This document shows, piece by piece, positions 1 through 8,233 of a DNA stretch of 64,000 nt. The stretch's first letter is position 1, and every line of letters begins with the position of its first letter. A program made the translations under genes and the position numbers. This DNA is from an uncultured Chloroflexia bacterium (lineage in GTDB: Bacteria > Chloroflexota > Chloroflexia > Thermomicrobiales > UBA6265): contig CAVRUC010000013.1 in the NCBI GenBank assembly GCA_963724295.1, positions 523,210 to 587,209 of the forward strand. The letters are read 5' to 3'. The notes under the pieces are model-generated. The model ran no database searches. It was not told where the DNA came from and saw only the letters and a program-made list of their open reading frames with translations.

Positions 1-13
1 GGCAAGTTATCAG

Positions 14-832
14 TCATTCGCCGCGTGAGAAGTCCGGCATCCAGAATTGCTCTCCCCAGCGGTCCCCTTGCGGAATCAGGCGCTCCTTTCGTTCGGCTCC
101 ATCCAAGATTCTCTTGATGATCGGATGAGTGGGTTTGTGCGGCGTCCGTTCCGCCAGATACATGTAGCCGATTCCGTCTGCGGGAAGCGCATTGAACCGC
201 GTTGTCAGCGTCACAACCATGTCCGCTGCGTGAGGGTCTACGAAGTCACCGAACATTGCTTTGGTCGACCACACCGCAGCAAGCCCTTCGACAGACGAGT
301 CCAAAAGGGCGCGGACGTTTCGTTCACAGCGCTGTATCCAATACGGCCAGATGACGCACTCATCCCCGAAATGCGCTTCAACAGCCTCCTTTCGCACTAA
401 CGGCGACGAAAGGGGCCGAGCGTACTGGGGGATGAAATGCGACGGTCCAACAAACTCGACTAGCACCCGGCGTCTTCCCAGTCTCACGGCGAGATCGACG
501 CGCCTCCTGCCAAACGCAACCTGAGGTTCGACCTGCGCGTCGGGCCAGACGATTTCCACAAGTCGCTTGAGAATCAACTCGTCGAGGCTGCGCGAAGCGG
601 TCCCTATTCGAGGGGCGTGTGGACTTTGAAGTTTGCCTGATCCCCATGCCCGGTGCATATCCAGCTCGCTGACGAACTTCTCTCCGTCGTGCTCCACGAC
701 CTTCAAGTTGCTGAGCGCGGTCTCGTGTACACCGAGGATCTCAGCCGCATCCGGGACGCTGAGACAGGACCCGCACCACTGATCAGAGTCATGCAGGCGA
801 AAGATTCCGTGAGACGCCCCGATCCAAGCCAT
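14..832 (-). CDS. hypothetical protein: HTH-like N-terminus + DUF559/Vsr-like (restriction-endonuclease fold) core + unknown C-terminal domain
   Basis: Part of ORF 14..1057. The first 75 codons look non-coding (they contain repeat copy 0), so the start is placed at Met76 (cat 830-832). 'SVPDAAEILGVHETALSNL' is HTH-like. 'QVAFGRRRVDLAVRLGRRRVLVEFVGPSHF...RKEAVEAHFGDECVIWPYW' resembles the DUF559/Vsr endonuclease core. The family call rests on motif memory only. Confidence 0.5.
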   Translation of the reverse strand: MAWIGASHGIFRLHDSDQWCGSCLSVPDAAEILGVHETALSNLKVVEHDGEKFVSELDMHRAWGSGKLQSPHAPRIGTASRSLDELILKRLVEIVWPDAQVEPQVAFGRRRVDLAVRLGRRRVLVEFVGPSHFIPQYARPLSSPLVRKEAVEAHFGDECVIWPYWIQRCERNVRALLDSSVEGLAAVWSTKAMFGDFVDPHAADMVVTLTTRFNALPADGIGYMYLAERTPHKPTHPIIKRILDGAERKERLIPQGDRWGEQFWMPDFSRGE

Positions 833-999
833 GACGGGTTCTTTTGTCCTCACGCATTGAGTCGTCGCTAGGCAGTTCCAGCCGCACCACGGTGAGGCTG
901 CCGGTTCAGCCGTCGCGGCCCGGGTCTCTGCCCCAACTAACCATCGCCCCAATAGGCGCCCCAAGTGACCCAAGAGGCCATCGCACTGTTCGGTACCTT

Positions 1000-1046
1000 C
1001 ATTGCTTGGGATGACCGACAGCCGAGCTAGATGTTCGGTTTTGGGT
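1000..1046. repeat. island-boundary repeat, copy 0 (partial, most diverged)
   Basis: 'gagctagatgttcggttttggg' (1024-1045) matches 'gacctagatgttcagtttttggg' (10706-10728) with 2 mismatches and one 1-nt indel. Similarity to the left part of the repeat is weak. Confidence 0.45.
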
Positions 1047-1171
1047 GTGCTTGACACACCGTAGCCATCGAGTTGAGATTAGTCGCCAGTGGCCGTGTGC
1101 TCTGCGATTCGCAGCTGCGAAACAGTTGCAAGTTACGCCGCGATTCGGGTCGTTGCAAAGGAGCCTAACCC

Positions 1172-2218
1172 ATGAGAACCGCTCACCGACGATTGTTGCA
1201 GGCCGCCGCGACGGTAATGGTCGTCATGGCGCTTGGCACGTTGCCCCTCTCTAACTCGCTGTGGCTGGTGGCGGCGCAGTCCACTGACGTGGCCTCGGCT
1301 GCGCAACAAACCGGGATACCCGCTGCTCTACACGACGGGAGTTGCCCCGACACCGGCGCGGTTGTCGCCCCTCTTACGAACGCGGTCCTTCCTTCGGGAT
1401 CACCTGTTGGCAACATCGATGCCCTACCCGCAGCTAACTCATTTACGACCGTTCCGCTGTCGCTCGCCACGATCCTTGCATCGGATCACGCGATTGTCAT
1501 CGCAGATCCGATCGACAACGCGCCCATCGCCTGCGGTGAGATCGGCGGTTCCCTTGCTGAGGAAGAGTCGCTGGCCGTCGGACTTGCGGGCCAGCAGTCG
1601 TCCGGAGTTCATGGCATCGCGTTCCTCAGCCCCGGAAGCGATGGTGGGTCGACCGGAGTTTCGTTGTTTGTCACCGTGCCCGGCGACCTGACACAGGCGC
1701 CCGTGCCGAGCCAACCAACACCGGTGCCAGCGGCTGAACAGACTACGGCAGACATCGCTCCCATCGAATCGGGCGGCCTCGGATTACCGATCGAGGAGTT
1801 CTACGCACGTTATGGGGAGGCCGCCCCTGATCCGGTGATGGACGGTGAAGTTATCAGGACGGCCAATGGCCGCATCCGCGTCAGAGCTGCGGGCAACGAC
1901 AAGGTGAACGCTGTCACACGCTACTTCGATGAAGGGGTGACGTTCGACGAAGCGAGGGCTACTGGGCTGGGATTCGCGCCCGCGGATTCGGTGTTGCTAC
2001 AGACCTACACGACGTCCGTCGGCTCAACGGTGGATCTGTACTACAGCCCGTCGTTGGAAGCTCAGTTCTCAGAAACTCACGACGTTGACGGGATGGAGTT
2101 TCCGACTTGGGTCAACGGGGAGCCGGGGCAGTTCATCATCGGCTACGGAGGATATAACCCGGCGAATGAAGTCAACGAAGTCACACGGATCGTGATGGCT
2201 CTTGGGAACAATCCCTGA
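1172..2218 (+). CDS. secreted protein of unknown function (N-terminal domain paralogous to 16234..16833)
   Basis: AAGGAG RBS upstream of the ATG. Signal peptide 'MRTAHRRLLQAAATVMVVMALGTLPLS'. The domain 'GSCPDTGAVVAPLTN...IACGEIGGSL...LAVGLAGQQSSGVHGIAFLSP' aligns with 'GTCGSPGEVVAPLAN...VACGDVGGAL...LAVGMVGMNGSGLSGVAYFTP' of the 16.2-kb gene. Confidence 0.75.
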   Translation: MRTAHRRLLQAAATVMVVMALGTLPLSNSLWLVAAQSTDVASAAQQTGIPAALHDGSCPDTGAVVAPLTNAVLPSGSPVGNIDALPAANSFTTVPLSLATILASDHAIVIADPIDNAPIACGEIGGSLAEEESLAVGLAGQQSSGVHGIAFLSPGSDGGSTGVSLFVTVPGDLTQAPVPSQPTPVPAAEQTTADIAPIESGGLGLPIEEFYARYGEAAPDPVMDGEVIRTANGRIRVRAAGNDKVNAVTRYFDEGVTFDEARATGLGFAPADSVLLQTYTTSVGSTVDLYYSPSLEAQFSETHDVDGMEFPTWVNGEPGQFIIGYGGYNPANEVNEVTRIVMALGNNP

Positions 2219-2313
2219 GCCTTACCGACACCCCGCGATCTCTTGGGACGCATTGGCGCTCCATGTTGCCGCCATAGGCTGAAAGAAGACCACTCCGTGA
2301 GGCTGAGACGCCG

Positions 2314-3024
2314 GTGACTAGGAATCCGAACTGGACCGAGGACGAGGCGATCCTTGCCCTCGACCTCTACATCCGTTCCGGCTACCGCGTTCTGTCCGGA
2401 AACCATCCTGATGTGGTCGAACTCAGCGAGTTCATGAACTCGCTGCCGATCCATCCTCCCGAATTGCGGACGAGCAAGTTCCGCAATCCATCGGGGGTAA
2501 ACACCAAGTTGGCCAATTTTCGCCACGTTGACCCTGACCGACCGGGCGGATTGTCTGGTGCCTCGAAAATGGACTACTTCGTATGGAATGAGTACGCCCA
2601 TGACATTCCTCGCCTGCGAAAGGTGGTCGAGGCCATACGTCGAAACTACCGGCAACCTGAAGTTGAGCGGGAACTCGACGATCCCGACGAAAGTGCGCCC
2701 GAGGGGCGCGTCTTGCTTCGTTCGCACAAACTACGAGAACGGAATCGGACCCTCGTAAAGAAACGAAAAGAGCGAGCTTTAGCGGAGCATGGCAGACTCA
2801 CATGTGAGGCGTGCGGGTTCGATTATCAGGCAACGTATGGAGCGCTCGGCGATGGCTTTATCGAGTGCCATCACACGGTGCCGGTTTCCGAATTGAGTCC
2901 CGGCCACGAGACGAAGGTCAGTGACCTCGCACTTTTGTGCGCTAACTGTCATCGTATGCTCCATAGGAGCAAGACCGCGCTCACCATTGCACAGCTGAAA
3001 AGTCTATTGGTGCATAGTCGGTGA
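2314..3024 (+). CDS. HNH endonuclease (McrA/COG3183-like putative restriction nuclease)
   Basis: C-terminal HNH motif 'CEACGFDY...ECHHTVPVSEL...LALLCANCHRMLHRS' (CxxC...HH...N...CxxCH). GTG start. Confidence 0.85.
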   Translation: MTRNPNWTEDEAILALDLYIRSGYRVLSGNHPDVVELSEFMNSLPIHPPELRTSKFRNPSGVNTKLANFRHVDPDRPGGLSGASKMDYFVWNEYAHDIPRLRKVVEAIRRNYRQPEVERELDDPDESAPEGRVLLRSHKLRERNRTLVKKRKERALAEHGRLTCEACGFDYQATYGALGDGFIECHHTVPVSELSPGHETKVSDLALLCANCHRMLHRSKTALTIAQLKSLLVHSR

Positions 3025-3049
3025 TGCCAATTCTTTTGTCACGGTCTTC

Positions 3050-4117
3050 TTGCCCACACAGAGACCATCTGGCACGATCCCGCCTATGCAACAGCTAGAG
3101 CCTCCACTAACTGCACTCATTGCGACTGCGGTGGAATTGTTCGTCGCGTGGCTGATCTTCCGCGTCGTGCCTAAGTCATGGGGTGAGAACCGAGTCGCGG
3201 CGTACGTCATCGTTTCTGTGTTTCTCGTCGCCGTCAATTGGGCGTTGATTAGTCTCTCTGTCTCGGGATGGCTGGCGAAACCGGAGAACGCGTCCACCGT
3301 TCAAGCGGTCTCAACGGCTGCCCAAGCGATGTTTGCCGTGGTGTTGATCGGCGTTGCGGTCTTCACGCTCCGAGCGAACGCGGATATGGCGCGAGAGACT
3401 AAGCGGATGGCGGAGGTCGCCGTGCAACAGCAGCGCGCTGCGACGAGGCCGGTCCTCGCGTTTCGCATCCATCCGCCAGAAGGTGGCAGTGCTCCCGATG
3501 CAAGCGAGTTCGTGACCGAGGCGTTCAACGTGGGGGCGGGGCCAGCGCTCGACGCACGCGTGTTCTACACCGGACCGTTCAATTTTGCCGAACCGACAGA
3601 CTACGTTCAGCCGTGCACCATCGCGGCGGGTGAAGCAGCGACGTTTACCTTTAAGCTCGACAAGGACTCGCCTTGGCAGGACCAATCCGATCCACTGAAG
3701 TGGCCGCGCACGGAAGAGGACGCCGAACTCGAACAAGAGTCACATGCACTCAGAAACGCTCCCGCAGCGTTGCTACAGGATTCGCCGGAGAATAAACGCC
3801 GGGGAGAAGTTCACAGAAAACTTCAAATCAGGTCGAATCGGTACTTCGCCGACCTGACCGCTCGTATTGCCGAGCGACACGACATCGGCCAGATTCGGGC
3901 CGAATATCGCGATCTGAGCGGGGCCGCGCATGAATCGACCGCTGACTTGCTCGTCATCAATCCCCAATCGCGTCGAGCTGTTGAGCAGAAAGCGGATCAA
4001 TTGGGTGAATTGCCAGAGTCTCCGTCTTTCCATCCGTACTGGCCCGACCTCATGCTTGGGCGATTGTCCGTGGACCCGACTCCAGCACTGCCAGACCTCA
4101 GCAGGAGTGGTCGCTGA
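3050..4117 (+). CDS. membrane-anchored protein, unknown family (paralog set A)
   Basis: TM helices ('ALIATAVELFVAWLIF','VAAYVIVSVFLVAVNWALISL','AMFAVVLIGVAVFTL'), then a helical 'ARETKRMAEVAVQQQ' segment, then a beta-rich domain 'RPVLAFRI...FNVGAGPALDARVFY'. The N-terminal half aligns with the 6074..7246 product. Start uncertain (TTG 3050 or ATG 3086). Confidence 0.7.
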   Translation: MPTQRPSGTIPPMQQLEPPLTALIATAVELFVAWLIFRVVPKSWGENRVAAYVIVSVFLVAVNWALISLSVSGWLAKPENASTVQAVSTAAQAMFAVVLIGVAVFTLRANADMARETKRMAEVAVQQQRAATRPVLAFRIHPPEGGSAPDASEFVTEAFNVGAGPALDARVFYTGPFNFAEPTDYVQPCTIAAGEAATFTFKLDKDSPWQDQSDPLKWPRTEEDAELEQESHALRNAPAALLQDSPENKRRGEVHRKLQIRSNRYFADLTARIAERHDIGQIRAEYRDLSGAAHESTADLLVINPQSRRAVEQKADQLGELPESPSFHPYWPDLMLGRLSVDPTPALPDLSRSGR

Positions 4118-4836
4118 TGTCACTCAGGCTTCCTACACTCAGTGCGCAACGGGGTATTCCGACTCTCGTAGCTGGCGAGGCTTTGCTGATCCTGCTGGCA
4201 ATCGCTCTTGGAAGAGACCCCAACAGAATCGCGGATTACGCGACCATCCTGATCTCGCTGACGACGCTGTTCGCGCTTGCAATCTTCCATCGCGAGGTTC
4301 TGGATACTCAGTCGCGCCTGCACCGGGAAGTCATGGGTGAACAGGCGAATATACGCCGCTTGCAGACCCGCCCACAGGTACTCGTCTATTTCGCTCGCTC
4401 GCGGGATCGGAAGATGCTGGAGATGCTAGTGCTGGTCATCGAGCATTTCGGTGGGGGTCCGGCGCTCGATGTGCAGTTCACCTTCTCTCCTCCGCTCGTC
4501 AACTCCGAGGGCACAACGTTCGCCAACGAGCCACCCTTTTCAACAGGGATTGCGGTGATGGAACCGGGGTTCCGCCGCGAGATCAAATTTGACGACTACC
4601 ACCAGTTTCAAAAGCGTGCCGGAACGACCAGAATCGGCAGCAGGGTTATTAGGGCAGACATCGAAGAAACCCGGCTCGATTTTGAGGCAACCGTGACACT
4701 TCGCGATCCGATCGGTGACGATCTGCGATATGAAACCCGCTACAAACTCGATCTGAGAGACCTCATGCCGTACACGATGGACTTCCTCGCCGAAGCCGAA
4801 CCACAACCAGAGGCATGGATAAGGGGCGAGCCATAA
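4117..4836 (+). CDS. membrane-anchored protein, unknown family (paralog set A)
   Basis: The ATG overlaps the upstream stop (TGATG), implying translational coupling. TM segments 'LVAGEALLILLAIAL' and 'ILISLTTLFALAIF'. 'RPQVLVYF..IEHFGGGPALDVQFTFSPPL..EPGFRREIKFDDY' aligns with 'LPVILVRF..IHNYGGPATDVVFSFDPPL..PPGWDQEVRFDDY' of 6074..7246. Confidence 0.75.
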   Translation: MSLRLPTLSAQRGIPTLVAGEALLILLAIALGRDPNRIADYATILISLTTLFALAIFHREVLDTQSRLHREVMGEQANIRRLQTRPQVLVYFARSRDRKMLEMLVLVIEHFGGGPALDVQFTFSPPLVNSEGTTFANEPPFSTGIAVMEPGFRREIKFDDYHQFQKRAGTTRIGSRVIRADIEETRLDFEATVTLRDPIGDDLRYETRYKLDLRDLMPYTMDFLAEAEPQPEAWIRGEP

Positions 4837-4931
4837 GACCCGCCCCGTTGCCTGATCTGCCGGGTGTGAGGTGTCAGACCGCGCCCTACGCGGCGTGTTC
4901 CGGCGACGGCACATTTCCTGCTGGTGATGGA

Positions 4932-5001
4932 CTCAGGCCGCGATTTCCCGCGCCGCATCGTCAGCGGTGAAGCGGAAGATGATTGGTGCCTGACCTAGAT
5001 G
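4932..5001. repeat. island-boundary repeat, copy 1
   Basis: 58/66 nt identical to 10650-10715 (my manual alignment). It ends at '...ggtgcctgacctagatg'. Confidence 0.85.
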
Positions 5002-5048
5002 GTCCGTCGATGAGGATCATGGGTGTCCGTCTCCAAGTGCTCGCTCTA

Positions 5049-5978
5049 CTAAGCAAAGATGGAAGTAAGTACAGAGAAATCGACGTTACCACTCAGGATT
5101 TGTCGCACTGCCAATTTGAGCGCTTCTTCGCTGATCGTCTTGCCTGCGCTCCCTGCGGCTTCCGACGCCCGTTTGATCCACTGGCCGACGCGACTCTCTT
5201 CACGGTCAACATCTTCAACCCTCGATTCCTCAACAATCGGGGTAAGGTCGTCGACCTCGATTCCTTGCGCACGAAACAGGTCGTTCAATCTGTTGACGAG
5301 GATCAGGCTTTGCTGACTCACCATGTTGCTGGCAATGGGCATGGTTCCGGTCGCGACGCCTACTGTGGGGTTCCCACCGTGAAAAATGAACTGATTGAAG
5401 ACCTGCCCAATCGCTTGATCGGTGTCGGGGTCGTTTGGCAGAGCAGCTTCACTAACCTCCGGGTAGAGCGTCTCGATTTCAAGGACGAACTGGAGCAGGC
5501 CCGTGCAAATAGACGACAGAATCCCTTTGATTGAAGCAAGCGAAACCACCTGACGATCCGATACAAGTGCTTCAAGTCTTTGTTGGAGGACGACTTCGAG
5601 ATGGCGATGCGCTATTCCCGCAGGAAGAAAGCGTACGTCCGTGCCTTCACTCGCCCACGAAACAAGCTGCGCAACACTTTCTCGAACGTCAACGGATGAT
5701 GCCGATTTGTACGCAGCTTCGTCAGTGAACATGTCCCACGGCGCAGTTCTCTGTTGTTGGTACCCCACTCCCGATGCGTGATACCAAATCGAAGCCGGGA
5801 CAACGCGATAGTCTGGAAGTTCGGCGTCCTTCCCATAACCACGAAGTTCACTGTCAACCCACACTCGGAACGGTTCGTAACCCAGTCGCGTCGCGAGGAG
5901 GTATGCCCGTCTCAACGTCTTGTCGAAATCTGGGCCGCACTCGATCGCACCATCGCGGATGGCGTCAAGAAGGGACAT
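5049..5978 (-). CDS. AbiTii-like abortive-infection domain protein
   Basis: The N-terminus 'TLRRAYLLATRLGYEPFRVWVDSELRGYGKDAELPDYRVV' fits my recollection of the AbiTii N-terminal pattern (LLR..a..lA..l....F..Wv..EL.GY....vP.YR). The rest is unassigned. Confidence 0.6.
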   Translation of the reverse strand: MSLLDAIRDGAIECGPDFDKTLRRAYLLATRLGYEPFRVWVDSELRGYGKDAELPDYRVVPASIWYHASGVGYQQQRTAPWDMFTDEAAYKSASSVDVRESVAQLVSWASEGTDVRFLPAGIAHRHLEVVLQQRLEALVSDRQVVSLASIKGILSSICTGLLQFVLEIETLYPEVSEAALPNDPDTDQAIGQVFNQFIFHGGNPTVGVATGTMPIASNMVSQQSLILVNRLNDLFRAQGIEVDDLTPIVEESRVEDVDREESRVGQWIKRASEAAGSAGKTISEEALKLAVRQILSGNVDFSVLTSIFA

Positions 5979-6073
5979 TGCTCACGCCTCCCCAGCGAGG
6001 ACTCGTCTGCTGACATTTGACTCTGTGCAGCCACATTATCGCAAGGTAGAAGGGGCGACCGACGCCGCACTTC

Positions 6074-7246
6074 TTGCCCTCACAGGAACAATCTGGCACG
6101 ATCGAAATCATGTCCGACCTGATGCCCGAGATCACCGCCTTCTTGCTCGCTGCAACTGTAGTCCTGTGGGCGTCCTTCGCGTTCCTCCTCGGTCCGACCC
6201 TCTGGAAGTCGGATCGGCGGGCGTTCTACCTCTGCCTTGGCGTGGGAATCGTCTATGGGTGGCTACTCACCCGCTTTCTTGCGTCCGGGTGGCTGGGGAA
6301 GCCAGAGAACGCGACCACCGTGGAAGCGCTCGCGGCAGCCGCGCAAGCACTCTTCACTGTGGCGCTCATTGTTCTTACGGTGCGTACCGTTCAAGCGAAC
6401 GCCAAGATAGCGGATGAAACAAAGCTGATGGCGGCGGAGACAGCAAGAATGGCTTCGGAGACTGAGAAGATGGCTGCGGTTGCCGCCGAACAGCTTCGGA
6501 ACACCACACTCCCAGTGATCCTTGTGCGCTTTCGCTCCACCTTTGACATGGAGCGTGGTGCCGAGAAAGGGAGAATCTGGATCAACATCCACAACTACGG
6601 CGGTCCGGCAACCGATGTGGTGTTCTCTTTTGATCCGCCGCTAATTCGCTCGAATGGCGAAGACATAGGACTGAGGCCGACGTTCCTCACCGGCGTTCCA
6701 GTCGTACCTCCGGGTTGGGATCAGGAAGTGAGGTTTGACGACTACGACGATTACATTGATGACCTCTTTCTACAGGGAGGACGGACATACCTATTCGACG
6801 CAACCATTACTTCTCGCGATCCGTACTCCGGAGATTTCTTTCCACCAACCACAATCAGAATGGATCTCCGCCACCTCTCTCTTCAGCCGCTCGAAGGCAA
6901 TTGGGATCCGGCCACCGAGTTTAGAGACGAGCGGAACTGGCGAACCGACCCGCGGACTGACGTCGATTCTGCGCAGCTACAACGGGTTCTCGAATCATTT
7001 ACGGAGGAAGAGGTACCGAGAGAAGTGATAGGACCGTTGGATCAGCACTTCCGCCGGTCCTTTCAAAGGGCCGGCTGGTCAGTAGCCATCGGGAAACATG
7101 ACATTTGGTGGCGGGCAGTCGCAACGAAGCAATCAGGTATCCATCAGGGGACTAGTGTCGGGGCGAGCGCTTGGTCTACGCAAGCGACGCTTGCGTTCAC
7201 ACTGAGGAAAGCTCTCGATTTGGACGCGGAGGTGAGCGCGGGCTGA
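6074..7246 (+). CDS. membrane-anchored protein, unknown family (paralog set A, fused architecture)
   Basis: The N-terminal TM region plus 'GWLGKPENATTVEALAAAAQALFTVALIVLTV' aligns with the 3050 product ('GWLAKPENASTVQAVSTAAQAMFAVVLIGVAV'). The C-terminal beta domain aligns with the 4117 product. There is an internal triple repeat 'ETKLMAA/ETARMAS/ETEKMAA'. Start is TTG 6074 or ATG 6110. Confidence 0.75.
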   Translation: MPSQEQSGTIEIMSDLMPEITAFLLAATVVLWASFAFLLGPTLWKSDRRAFYLCLGVGIVYGWLLTRFLASGWLGKPENATTVEALAAAAQALFTVALIVLTVRTVQANAKIADETKLMAAETARMASETEKMAAVAAEQLRNTTLPVILVRFRSTFDMERGAEKGRIWINIHNYGGPATDVVFSFDPPLIRSNGEDIGLRPTFLTGVPVVPPGWDQEVRFDDYDDYIDDLFLQGGRTYLFDATITSRDPYSGDFFPPTTIRMDLRHLSLQPLEGNWDPATEFRDERNWRTDPRTDVDSAQLQRVLESFTEEEVPREVIGPLDQHFRRSFQRAGWSVAIGKHDIWWRAVATKQSGIHQGTSVGASAWSTQATLAFTLRKALDLDAEVSAG

Positions 7247-7265
7247 GAAGGGGCACACTATTCTT

Positions 7266-7293
7266 ATGACAGCGAGGCGGCTCTTAGTATAAG
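7266..7293 (+). promoter_or_regulatory. candidate sigma70-type promoter for the 7319-8767 module
   Basis: 'ATGACA' (7266-7271), a 16-nt spacer, then 'TATAAG' (7288-7293). The small palindrome 'ctcttagtataagag' overlaps the -10. GGGAGGAAG RBS upstream of ATG 7319. Pattern match only. Confidence 0.3.
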
Positions 7294-7318
7294 AGTCGCG
7301 GGAGGAAGACACTCTAGC

Positions 7319-8227
7319 ATGACAAGCACACAAGTCCGGTCTGCTTACATCGTCGCCTCAAAAGGTACGAATGTGGTGCCCCTTGTTGAAGCACTCGATT
7401 CTAGGGGGGTCTCAACGAAAACTAGCCCTCTCATCTTGGGCCAAGCTCGGATCGACCAAGAAATCATATCGGCTATTCGATCAGCAGATATGGTGATCGG
7501 TGTTCTTTGGGAGCGAGGCCCGGATCCCAACGTCATGGTTGAGTTAGGCATCGCGGTCGGGCTAGGTCGATCGCTCCTACTGTTTGGCGGTGAAGGCTCG
7601 AACGTACCTTCCAATCTTCGAAACTCTGTAGTGGTTGTCCGCATGTTGTCATGGAACGAAGCAATATTCCAGACCCACCTAGATCCATTCTTAGAGCAGT
7701 TGTCGTCCCGTCGAGAGCAACCGGAACGTAACACTCAAACCAGTTCGACTACCCAGCCATTGAGTCTTCATGCCTTCGAGGCCGCACTGAACCACTTAGG
7801 TTCCATTGAGTCAGCAGGCCACACTCCGAATGAGTCGGAAGTCGTTGGTCTATTGGCGACCTTTTTTCAGGCGTCCGGCTATTTGGTGTCAATCGAGCAT
7901 CGGCAGCTGCAGACAGGGCGGACGCGGCCAGATCTGGCAGTTTGGGTCGAGGATCTCCCTGCCCGAGTCGGCAGTCCTTTGCTCATCGAAGTTGCTCTTC
8001 GCAACGCGATGATCAACCAGAGACTAGCGCAGTTTCAGCACCTCTTACATGATTTCAAAAGTGAAGGAGGGCTAATAGTCACTTGGAGCGATACGAAAAG
8101 CTCAGGTATTTCAGGCAATCCGAATGACCCAAGAATCCCGATCTTGAGCGTTCGAGATCTAGTCAACGCGTTGAAGTTAGGAGTGTTCGCGGAGGTCTAT
8201 TTGCGTCGTTCTACAGCAAAATCGTAA
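7319..8227 (+). CDS. TIR-like / nucleoside 2-deoxyribosyltransferase-like domain fused to a degenerate PD-(D/E)xK (Mrr-like) domain
   Basis: N-terminal ~125 aa: 'AYIVAS...IISAIRSADMVIGVLWERGPDPNVMVELGIAVGLGRSLLLFGGEGSNVPSNLRNSVVVV'. This has the aD.vi.vl...pNV..ELG.a.glGr...l....vPSnL pattern of TIR-like/NDT-like Rossmannoid domains. C-terminal: 'VVGLLATFFQASGYLVSIEH...RPDLAVWVED...SPLLIEVALRNA...GGLIVTWSD' has an Mrr-cat-like layout, but the E-x-K lysine is replaced (E-V-A). About 53% GC. Confidence 0.6.
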   Translation: MTSTQVRSAYIVASKGTNVVPLVEALDSRGVSTKTSPLILGQARIDQEIISAIRSADMVIGVLWERGPDPNVMVELGIAVGLGRSLLLFGGEGSNVPSNLRNSVVVVRMLSWNEAIFQTHLDPFLEQLSSRREQPERNTQTSSTTQPLSLHAFEAALNHLGSIESAGHTPNESEVVGLLATFFQASGYLVSIEHRQLQTGRTRPDLAVWVEDLPARVGSPLLIEVALRNAMINQRLAQFQHLLHDFKSEGGLIVTWSDTKSSGISGNPNDPRIPILSVRDLVNALKLGVFAEVYLRRSTAKS

Positions 8228-8233
8228 GTTACT

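Noticed and set aside
4983-5534. 183-aa plus-strand ORF starting MVPDLD..., the same first residues as the LLM gene.
   Set aside because: The shared start is an artefact of repeat copy 1, which duplicates the LLM RBS and start. The rest of the ORF is antisense to the AbiTii-like gene and has no recognisable features.
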